64,000 bases of DNA, from assembly GCA_050633305.1 (NCBI GenBank), contig JBOEGF010000012.1, positions 59,487-123,486 of the forward strand. The letters run 5' to 3'. Under the pieces are notes generated by a model. The model saw only the letters and a list, made by a program, of their open reading frames with translations, had not been told where the DNA came from and did not search any database. Numbering within the stretch: position 1 is the stretch's first letter; every line of letters starts with the position of its first letter. Position numbers and translations under genes: made by a program. This document shows, piece by piece, positions 30,466 to 37,919 of this stretch. The DNA is from Nannocystales bacterium. Its GTDB lineage: Bacteria; Myxococcota_A; Polyangia; Nannocystales; Nannocystaceae.

Positions 30466-32169
30466 TCAGCCTGCCCAGTGGTGAGGCCGGCCCCCAACGA
30501 TTGTCCCAAGAACCGGCGCGTCTCGAATCCGCGCCGGTTCTTGTTCGTCGAGGAGTCTCCCAAAACAGGTCAGGTCAGCTTGCATGCCCACCTTGATCTG
30601 CCCAAGTTCTTCTTCCCGGTGTACGGCGTAGGCAGCCTCCTGCGTGAAGCCCCGAACTGCGCGGTCCAGACTGACGCGTTGGTCGGCGAGCCACCCTCCC
30701 TCGGGGGCTCCGGTTGCGTCCCGCCGGGTGATGGCGGCGTACAGGCCGTGGGTCACATCGGGTAGCTCCACCGGGAAGTCACTTCCGAAGCAGAGGTGCG
30801 CGTCCGCGTCCAACAGACTGCGCCATGCATACGCGCCTGCGAGGCGTGAGACGCCAACTCGCTCGGCGACCCAGCCCATGTCCGACGTCGCGTGTGTCGG
30901 TTGCATCGATGCGATGACACCAAGCTCGGCGAAGCGGGGGATGTCGGAGGTGTCGAGGAGCTGGCAATGCTCAATGCGGGGTCGTGGGTCTCGCCGCGGC
31001 GCCTCCCCTAATGCGTGCTCGTACACGTCGAGGACGGTGCGGTTGCCTGCGTCGCCGATTGCGTGGGTGGCGACCTGCCATCCTCCTCGCATGGCGGCCA
31101 CGACGATTCGGCGGAGTGCAGCCTCGTCGTGCTGCATCAGCCCGCGATGGCCTGCTCGGTCGGCGTAGGGGTGGAGTAGGGCGGCACCGCGGCTCCCCAA
31201 CGCCCCGTCGGCGTAGACCTTCACGCCAGCGAGGGCGTAGCGGGATCCGCGCAACAGAGGGTCTGGCGCCTGGCCCTGGAGGTCTTGCATGAACCAGGAC
31301 TCCGCGGCGTAGGCGTGCACGCGGATCCGCAGAGCTTCGGAGTCGCTGGCCATACGTCGGTACGCAGCATCCGTGCCCGAGCCAATGCCCATGTCGTGCA
31401 CGCCCGTGAGTCCGCGTTCCAGGATGTGTTCTTGAGCCGCCTCGATCCGGGAGCGGAGGTCCGCGGGGGATGGCTGGGGGACGCTGACGAGCTCCATCGC
31501 GGTGTCGATCAGGACACCGGTTGCCGCTGCGGAGCTGTCGCGCAGAATCTCTCCACCGCTGGGGGTTGGGGTATTCGGACCGATCCCCGACTCTCGCAGC
31601 AAGGCGGCGTTGCCCCAAGCCGCGTGTCCATCCACGCGTCGAAGCCAGACCGGACGGTCCGGGAACGCTTGGGTGAGCGGATGGTGGGTCGGCATCGAGG
31701 CTTCCGGCCATAGGTTCTGGTCCCACCCGCGTCCGACGACCCACCCCTTGGCAGGGGCGCCCGCCTGCAGCCTGCGGACCACCTCTTGCGTTGATTCGGC
31801 GCCGCGAAGGTCCACTGTCGCCAGCGATTCTCCGAGCCCCACGAGGTGGGCGTGCGCATCGACGAGTCCGGGCGTCACTGTGCCCCCGCCCGCATCGAGG
31901 ACCACGGTACTCGGGCTTCGCAGGCCTTCCACCTCCGACTCATCTCCGACCGCGACGATGACCCCGTCGCGGATGGCCAGGGCGCGGGCGCGGGGCCGTG
32001 CTGGGTCGAGCGTCCAGACGTCGCCTCCGCGGACGATCATGGATGCGTTGGGCCGACCCGATGGGCTCGGTTGTGCCGGCTTGGGGGCCGAGGTGCCCTG
32101 AGCGGGTCGACATCCCGCGAGCGGGCTCGACAACAGCATCGTGAGCATCGAACGACGAGTGGGACGCAC
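30466..32169 (-). CDS. Exported amidohydrolase (amidohydrolase_3, YtcJ-like); Tat/lipoprotein signal
   Basis: TPGLVDAHAH, RVDGH, KVYADGALGSRGA, HAIGD, RIEH, SMQPTH, GSDFPVE; N-terminal TRRSML...LAGC. Confidence 0.92.
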   Translation of the reverse strand: MRPTRRSMLTMLLSSPLAGCRPAQGTSAPKPAQPSPSGRPNASMIVRGGDVWTLDPARPRARALAIRDGVIVAVGDESEVEGLRSPSTVVLDAGGGTVTPGLVDAHAHLVGLGESLATVDLRGAESTQEVVRRLQAGAPAKGWVVGRGWDQNLWPEASMPTHHPLTQAFPDRPVWLRRVDGHAAWGNAALLRESGIGPNTPTPSGGEILRDSSAAATGVLIDTAMELVSVPQPSPADLRSRIEAAQEHILERGLTGVHDMGIGSGTDAAYRRMASDSEALRIRVHAYAAESWFMQDLQGQAPDPLLRGSRYALAGVKVYADGALGSRGAALLHPYADRAGHRGLMQHDEAALRRIVVAAMRGGWQVATHAIGDAGNRTVLDVYEHALGEAPRRDPRPRIEHCQLLDTSDIPRFAELGVIASMQPTHATSDMGWVAERVGVSRLAGAYAWRSLLDADAHLCFGSDFPVELPDVTHGLYAAITRRDATGAPEGGWLADQRVSLDRAVRGFTQEAAYAVHREEELGQIKVGMQADLTCFGRLLDEQEPARIRDAPVLGTIVGGRPHHWAG

Positions 32170-32301
32170 GGCGAGATGCTAGAGCAGAATGCTGACGACA
32201 ACCATGTGGCGATAGCTTCGCACGCACAGGGCCCGTGCCGAGAGACTTGACCCGCGGACGAGCGCCCGTCACCCTTAGTCAGGTTCGCTGCTTGGGTTTG
32301 T

Positions 32302-32853
32302 ATGGATTTGAAACGACTGCCACCGTCGCTGTTGGTCGCGCTGGGCCTTGCGGGCTGTGGTCCTGCAGTGGACAGCGGGACTTCGGGGGGCGACTCGGGC
32401 GGGTCTGCAACCAGCACGGGAGGCTCGAGCGGCACCGTTGGGCCTTGTTTGACCCCTTGGGAGACGACCAGTGGCGCGACGACGTCGAACTCGGTGGGCC
32501 CGTGCTTGGGGATGGTCACGACGGGACCGTGTCTCGATGTGGGCTCGACGGTGGGCCCTTGCCTTGCGCCGCCGCTTGGCACCAGCAGCGGAACTGACAC
32601 CGATACCGATACGGACACCTCCGGTGGCGGAACCGACTCCGGCACCACGGGTGGGGCCGACACGGGCGCGGGGTCATGCCTCGTCCCGCCCGACGCGTTC
32701 CCGGAGCCGGTCGGGGACTGGGCCGGAGCGCCCGACACACCGGCGCCGCAGACCCGATCGCTGATCCTGCGTCGGCTCCGTCAGGCGGGTGTCCTCCCCG
32801 ATGATGTCGCGGCTCGCCTGCCGCTTCACCCCGACGACAACCCCTCGGACTGA
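32302..32853 (+). CDS. Putative multi-core RiPP-like precursor / lipoprotein 1 (4x GPCL plus GSCL)
   Basis: Leader MDLKRLPPSLLVALGLAGC (lipobox); GPCL at aa 47, 66, 75 and 85, GSCL at 124; C-terminal RRLRQAGVLPDDVAARL; no folded domain recognisable. Confidence 0.7.
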   Translation: MDLKRLPPSLLVALGLAGCGPAVDSGTSGGDSGGSATSTGGSSGTVGPCLTPWETTSGATTSNSVGPCLGMVTTGPCLDVGSTVGPCLAPPLGTSSGTDTDTDTDTSGGGTDSGTTGGADTGAGSCLVPPDAFPEPVGDWAGAPDTPAPQTRSLILRRLRQAGVLPDDVAARLPLHPDDNPSD

Positions 32854-32874
32854 CGGGCCCACGCGGACGTACAA

Positions 32875-32905
32875 CCGAAGCACTGCCGAAGCACTGCCGA
32901 AGCAC
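32875..32905 (+). repeat. 11-bp direct tandem repeat CCGAAGCACTG, about 2.8 copies
   Basis: CCGAAGCACTG CCGAAGCACTG CCGAAGCAC, ending 1 nt before the ATG at 32907. Confidence 0.9.
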
Positions 32906-32906
32906 A

Positions 32907-33377
32907 ATGGATCTCAAGCGCCTTCCTCCCTCACTCCTCGTCGCCCTGGGCCTCGCCGCTGCGGGTGGGGACAACATGGGCTGTACGACCAGCGCCTGTC
33001 TTGACGTGGCCGGCCCGGAGACGACGACGGGTCCGTGCTTGGATGTCGTCGCGCCGACCACCAGCGGAGAGACCACCGGCGCTGGATCCGACGGGTCTAC
33101 TGTCGGCCCGTGCTTGGACGTTGCGCCAGGAACCACCACGTCATCCACGAACCCGACCTCTGGCACCGCGACCGGGTCGAGTTCCGGCACGGACACGGAC
33201 ACGGACACGGACACGGACGGTGGGACGGATTCTGACGGCGGGACCGACTCCGGCACCAGCACAGGAGGCCTCCCTAATGGTGGCGAAGCTGCGGAGCGAG
33301 GGTCGGTTCTTGGGCGCTTGCTCGATGCAGACATCTTGCCACCCGATGTCGCGGCGCGTCTCCGCTCGAAGGACTGA
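32907..33377 (+). CDS. Putative multi-core RiPP-like precursor / lipoprotein 2 (SACLDV, 2x GPCLDV)
   Basis: Same 17-aa leader as the previous gene; CLDV three times; C-terminal RLLDADILPPDVAARL. Confidence 0.7.
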   Translation: MDLKRLPPSLLVALGLAAAGGDNMGCTTSACLDVAGPETTTGPCLDVVAPTTSGETTGAGSDGSTVGPCLDVAPGTTTSSTNPTSGTATGSSSGTDTDTDTDTDGGTDSDGGTDSGTSTGGLPNGGEAAERGSVLGRLLDADILPPDVAARLRSKD

Positions 33378-33379
33378 GC

Positions 33380-34555
33380 ATGTCGGTCCTCGAAATCTCC
33401 GAACTCGAGTCTGATCCACAGTCTCAGATCCCAAGACTCGACTTCGAGCTCACGCCCGGCTGCGACCACAAGTGCGCCCATTGTTACAACGTGTGGACCG
33501 CGGACGAGGGCGACGCGCAAGCGGGCTACGACACGGGCGGCCAACTGCGAACGCCCGAGTTCAAGGCGATGATGACCAACATCGTCGGGCAGACCCAAGC
33601 CAAGCACATCACGATCACGGGTGGGGAACCGCTGCTGCGCAAGGATGCCGTCGACATCATCGAACACGCATGCCGCAGCGTGGATGTCGTCACGCTGATC
33701 ACCAACGGGAGTCACGTCGGCCCTGACACCGCGGCTCGTTTCGGTCGCGCGGGTCTGCGGCAGGTTCAGCTGACGCTGCTCGCAGGCGACAGGGTCGAGC
33801 ATGATCGGCTCAAAGGCGCGGAATGCTTCGACGACACGATTCGGGCTGCGGTGAACCTGACCGAGGCCGGCGTGCCCGTGCAGGTCTGCTTTGTCGCGAT
33901 GCACGAGAACTGGCATCAGTTCGAACGTGTGATGGAGCTGTGTTTCGCCTTGGGCATCCGGGGAGTCTCGTACAATCGAATGTCTCCCACCGGCGGAGCC
34001 ATTCACCACATCGCCCGCCTCATGCCCACGGTCGAGCAGATCGAGTCCAACCTCGACACGGCAGAGCGACTGGGTCGAGCGTGGGGTATCGCTGTATCCA
34101 CCGCGATGCCGATCCCGCCGTGTCTGATCCGCATCGAGAACTACAGCTGGGTGCGTTTCGGGTTCTGTAGCACCGGGTCGTCTTCGCCGAATATCGTCAT
34201 CGATGGGAAGGGCAACGTGCGCAGCTGCAACCTCGCCGGCGGGGTGATGGGGAACGTGCTCGAGCAGCCATGGTCGGAGATCTATGCGGTCCCCTACCAG
34301 CGCGAGTTCAAGCGCAACGTTCCTCAGATGTGCCGCGGCTGCGCCTACGAATCGTCGTGTCAGGGCGGCTGCAAAGAGAGCGGGTTTGCGACGTTTGGCG
34401 ATCATGCGCATCCCGAGCCCCTGTTGTGGCTGGCCCAGAACCCCGACTGGCGCGAGAAGGTCGGCGAGGAGGTCGATCAGTCGATCATTCCGCTGCGTAG
34501 GCTGACGCGCCCGCCGAGTCGCAAGACCGAGGGAGCCCCGGTTGGCGACGCGTGA
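33380..34555 (+). CDS. Radical SAM protein with SPASM domain (peptide-maturase type)
   Basis: CDHKCAHC (CX3CX2C), TGGEPL, TNG; SPASM C..GNVRSC..GNV..CRGC-X5-CQGGC. Confidence 0.92.
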   Translation: MSVLEISELESDPQSQIPRLDFELTPGCDHKCAHCYNVWTADEGDAQAGYDTGGQLRTPEFKAMMTNIVGQTQAKHITITGGEPLLRKDAVDIIEHACRSVDVVTLITNGSHVGPDTAARFGRAGLRQVQLTLLAGDRVEHDRLKGAECFDDTIRAAVNLTEAGVPVQVCFVAMHENWHQFERVMELCFALGIRGVSYNRMSPTGGAIHHIARLMPTVEQIESNLDTAERLGRAWGIAVSTAMPIPPCLIRIENYSWVRFGFCSTGSSSPNIVIDGKGNVRSCNLAGGVMGNVLEQPWSEIYAVPYQREFKRNVPQMCRGCAYESSCQGGCKESGFATFGDHAHPEPLLWLAQNPDWREKVGEEVDQSIIPLRRLTRPPSRKTEGAPVGDA

Positions 34556-36776
34556 CCCGTGCGTACTCCTGATCTCGCCGGGGATCATCAAGTGGACCGA
34601 CATGGACTTCGGTCTGCCTCACTTGGTGAGCATGGGCGGGTACGTGCAGCATCACACCGGGGTTCGCGTCGAGTTGCTCGACCTGAACTACGAAGGCGGC
34701 GACCACAAGCAGCTCCTCGAGACCATCGAGTCGCTGGGGCCGCATCTGGTCATCGGGCTCTCCACATATTCCAGCTTCGACTACATGCGGGTGATGGCGC
34801 TCGCCCGCTTCCTCCGGCGCCGTTTTCCGAACACGCCGCTGGTCACGGGGGGTTATCACGCCAGTGCGTTGCCCACCGATGTCGTCTTCGAGGGCTCGCC
34901 CTTTGATGCCGTCATCGTAGGGGAGGGGGAGAAACCCCTGCTGTCGATGGTCCAGGTGCTGCTCGGGGGCGGACGTCTGGACAAGCAGATCTGGGGACCC
35001 GATCAGATTCAGGACCTCGACGCGCTGCCGCCGTACCAGTGGCAACTGCTCGACCGCTACTGGCCCCGCGCGACGGACATCGGTCGCAAGTTCCAGATCT
35101 ACCTCGCACGTGGTTGCCCGTACCACTGCACGTTCTGCATGGAGCGGGCGAAGAGTGGCTACAAGTGGCGGGCGTACTCCTCCGAGCGCGCCGTGTCTGA
35201 GCTTGTCCGCCTCTCGCAATGGACCGACCTGAAGAACTGGGTCATCAACATTGCGGACCCCTTGTTCGGGTTCAAGCGCAGCTGGAGGCGTGAGGTGCTC
35301 CAGGGCATCATCGAGCACGACTTGCTGCCTCGGCAGTACTGGACGCTGACGCGCTCGGACGACCTCGATGACGAGGACGTGAGCCTCTTGGCACGGGCAC
35401 GGTTCTCGATCGGCATCGGCCTCGAGAGCGGGAGCCCGAAGATGCTCACGCTGATGCAGAAGGGCAACAAGCCCGACGCCTACCTCTCCGCGATGCAGCG
35501 CCTGGCTCGCCTCAGCCGCAAGCACAAGCTGACCTGGGCCTCGAACGTGATCGTCGGGCACCCCGGCGAGTCGATCGAATCGATGCGGGAGACCCAGCGT
35601 TACCTCACCGAGCTGTTCACCTCCGCGAAGGAAACCTGCGGGTGGCTGTCGATCGACGCGTTTCGGCTGTACCCCGGAGCGCAGGTCCACGAGGCCATGG
35701 AGACCTACGGCCAGCTTCACGGCACTCGATTCCACCATCCTCAGTGGTGGAAGAGTTGGTACGACGGCGCGTTTGCAGCCGAGCACATCGACCCCAGCGC
35801 AGAGGTGTCCTTCGAGGATCGGGTCGAGTTTATGCATGAGGCCTACGCCCCGTTGACCGCGGAGATCGCGGAGCGCTTCACCGGTCAGGGCCGCAGCGTT
35901 GACCGTGTGTTTCGCCGCAGCCTCAACGACCAAGCCCGACAGATGAGCAAGGCGAGCAAAGAAACAACCCTGCGTCGGGCGGCCCGCGTCCGCGCGCTGG
36001 CCGAACGTCGAGAGGACGAGCAAGGGACCGTTACCGCGGTGAACTTTCCCATCGGTCTGCATCTCAAGGATCCGTGGGTCCGGGAGCGCGAGTCGGCGGT
36101 ACGGCGGCTCCTCGACGAAGGCGTGCTGAGGACCGCGGACCTGGTCGAAGCGCTTCTGCAGGTCTCTCCACAGGCGCACATGTCTCGGGAGGCGGCGGCG
36201 ATGCTGCTCGGGGGAGAGCACGCGTGCAGTGAGGTCGAGGGGGAACTCGCCATCTCGCTCAGCCTCCGAACCACGGCGATGGGTCTCGAGGCGCTCGAAC
36301 CGGCGCTCGGCGACCGTGTGGTCGATGTGACCGCGCGCAGCGGGTACTTGGCTGCCCTGTTGTCTCTGCTCGTCGGGGAGCAGGGGGAGGTGCTCGCGAT
36401 TCATCCGGTCGGAGGGTCCTTGGACGAGGCGCGGGCCTTTGCGAAGGGCTTGGAGCCGTGCAGGAACGTTCTGGTCACGGAGGCGGAGTCCGCCGGGGTG
36501 ATGCTGGAAGGTACCTGGGACGGGGCGTGGATCGGCGCCGCGTTGCCGCGGGTTCCCCAGGGCGTCGCCACCCACCTGACCGAGCCCGGCGGACGGCTGA
36601 TCACCTTTGTCGGACCGCGGTTTCGACCCCAGGATCTGGTTGCACTGACGCGCCACGGAGAAGGGCTCGAAGAGCGCCGGGTGGCCAAGGTGGCGGTCCC
36701 GGTGCTCGCGGGACCGGGCGGGTGGATCCAACACCAACCTTCCGCCACGGTGGCCCGATCCTCGGTACGTCCGTGA
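34542..36776 (+). CDS. Cobalamin-binding radical SAM enzyme fused to a C-terminal PIMT (Pcm)-like methyltransferase domain
   Basis: B12-binding region (GGYHAS, VGEGE), ARGCPYHCTFC, GLESGS; C-terminal LEPALGDRVVDVTARSGYLAALL and LTEPGGRLI; TTG start with GAGGGAG SD. Confidence 0.85.
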   Translation: MATRDPCVLLISPGIIKWTDMDFGLPHLVSMGGYVQHHTGVRVELLDLNYEGGDHKQLLETIESLGPHLVIGLSTYSSFDYMRVMALARFLRRRFPNTPLVTGGYHASALPTDVVFEGSPFDAVIVGEGEKPLLSMVQVLLGGGRLDKQIWGPDQIQDLDALPPYQWQLLDRYWPRATDIGRKFQIYLARGCPYHCTFCMERAKSGYKWRAYSSERAVSELVRLSQWTDLKNWVINIADPLFGFKRSWRREVLQGIIEHDLLPRQYWTLTRSDDLDDEDVSLLARARFSIGIGLESGSPKMLTLMQKGNKPDAYLSAMQRLARLSRKHKLTWASNVIVGHPGESIESMRETQRYLTELFTSAKETCGWLSIDAFRLYPGAQVHEAMETYGQLHGTRFHHPQWWKSWYDGAFAAEHIDPSAEVSFEDRVEFMHEAYAPLTAEIAERFTGQGRSVDRVFRRSLNDQARQMSKASKETTLRRAARVRALAERREDEQGTVTAVNFPIGLHLKDPWVRERESAVRRLLDEGVLRTADLVEALLQVSPQAHMSREAAAMLLGGEHACSEVEGELAISLSLRTTAMGLEALEPALGDRVVDVTARSGYLAALLSLLVGEQGEVLAIHPVGGSLDEARAFAKGLEPCRNVLVTEAESAGVMLEGTWDGAWIGAALPRVPQGVATHLTEPGGRLITFVGPRFRPQDLVALTRHGEGLEERRVAKVAVPVLAGPGGWIQHQPSATVARSSVRP

Positions 36777-37504
36777 ACATCGACTTCGTTCGCTGGGATC
36801 AGGCGGCTCGGCTCTACGCCGTACTCGCGCGGCTGGACCTCGGCGCGGATGCGGCCTCGCTCTACGATGCCCGGCTCGCGACCGGGCCCTGGGTGGAATC
36901 GCTGTTGGACGCGTATCAAGCGGCGCCGAAACGCCTGCTGCTGCACGGAGCCCCGCTCGTGCTGTCCGAGGAGGGTCGCCCGCTCGAAGTTGACATACCA
37001 CCTGCTGGGCTGTCCGACGCGTCGGGTCGCCGTCTGTGGGCGGCGACCCTCGAGGGCTTGGAGGCGATCGCGAGCGAACCGCTGCAGTACGCGGAGGTCC
37101 CGGCCGAGATCATCGAACCGCTCGGGGTGCTTCGCGCTGCGCTCTGGGAGCGGGTGGGCCCGCCGCCACCGCTGACCGTCGTGGACTGTCCTGCGTTGCG
37201 CCGTGCCGGTCGAGCTGTGCAGTCGACCCATGGCAGGCTTGTGGGGGTCTCGCTCGCCGAACCGGCGGAGCATCTGCTCTGCCAGGTTCTGCACGAAGAA
37301 ACCCATGCCCTCACAGACCCCGTCGTTCGGCAGGCATGGAGCGCGGCAGGTGCGGGTCGCGACACGTCGGTCGGCAGCCCAGGGTATGCTCGGCATCAGG
37401 CGCTCGAGGCCGCCGCGGTTGAGGTCGGCGACGCGCTCATCGCTGCCCGCGCGCCGCAGTGGAGCGACGCGTATCGACGGTGGCGGGCGCGGTTCGGCAA
37501 GTGA
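36773..37504 (+). CDS. HExxH-motif protein (metallopeptidase or HExxH oxygenase candidate)
   Basis: GTGA overlap with the upstream stop; QVLHEETHALTD plus downstream HQALE. Confidence 0.65.
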   Translation: MNIDFVRWDQAARLYAVLARLDLGADAASLYDARLATGPWVESLLDAYQAAPKRLLLHGAPLVLSEEGRPLEVDIPPAGLSDASGRRLWAATLEGLEAIASEPLQYAEVPAEIIEPLGVLRAALWERVGPPPPLTVVDCPALRRAGRAVQSTHGRLVGVSLAEPAEHLLCQVLHEETHALTDPVVRQAWSAAGAGRDTSVGSPGYARHQALEAAAVEVGDALIAARAPQWSDAYRRWRARFGK

Positions 37505-37514
37505 GGAATGGCGC

Positions 37515-37847
37515 CTACGCGGGCAGCCCGATGTTTCGCAGCACGTTTCGCAGCTGCGGCTCCATCATCGAGCCGCTCTGGGTCCCGGCGAGCTCGCCGT
37601 CGGCGAAGCACAGCAAAGTCGGCACGCTGCGTACGCGATAGTGCGTGGCAAGGTCTGCGGACGTGTCCGCATTGACCAGCAGGAGTTCGAGCTTTCCCTC
37701 CGAGCTGGCGACGACGCGCTCGACGATGGGTTTGTAGGTTTTGCATGGCGCGCACCACGGTGTGGAGAACAGGACCAGTAGCCCCTTGGGCGGCGCTTCC
37801 AGCGTTCGCGCGAACGCGGCTGGGTCGAGGGAGAGAAGATTGCTCAT
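37515..37847 (-). CDS. Thioredoxin family protein
   Basis: FSTPWCAPCK, YRVRSVPTL. Confidence 0.92.
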   Translation of the reverse strand: MSNLLSLDPAAFARTLEAPPKGLLVLFSTPWCAPCKTYKPIVERVVASSEGKLELLLVNADTSADLATHYRVRSVPTLLCFADGELAGTQSGSMMEPQLRNVLRNIGLPA

Positions 37848-37853
37848 CAAGGG

Positions 37854-37913
37854 CTCAGGTGCCGAGCAGAGCTGGCCTTACAGGCGTAAGATCTTGATTC
37901 CTGAACACCTGAG
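37854..37913. promoter_or_regulatory. Back-to-back ECF-type promoters GTAAG-N15-CACCTGAG, one on each strand
   Basis: Plus strand: GTAAG(37886)-15nt-CACCTGAG(37906-13)-6nt-ATG. Minus strand: GTAAG(37881)-15nt-CACCTGAG(37861-54)-6nt-ATG(37847). Confidence 0.7.
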
Positions 37914-37919
37914 AACGAG

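Noticed and set aside
32875..32905. Possible CRISPR or mini-array (also the repeats at 1-250, 11820-11960 and 30235-30395)
   Set aside because: The repeats are contiguous or in-frame coding with no unique spacers, and no cas genes are present.
33380..34555. Calling the SPASM enzyme PqqE, MftC or a NirJ/Ahb heme-synthesis enzyme
   Set aside because: No pqq, mft or ahb/nir partner genes are nearby; a specific gene name is unsupported without a search.
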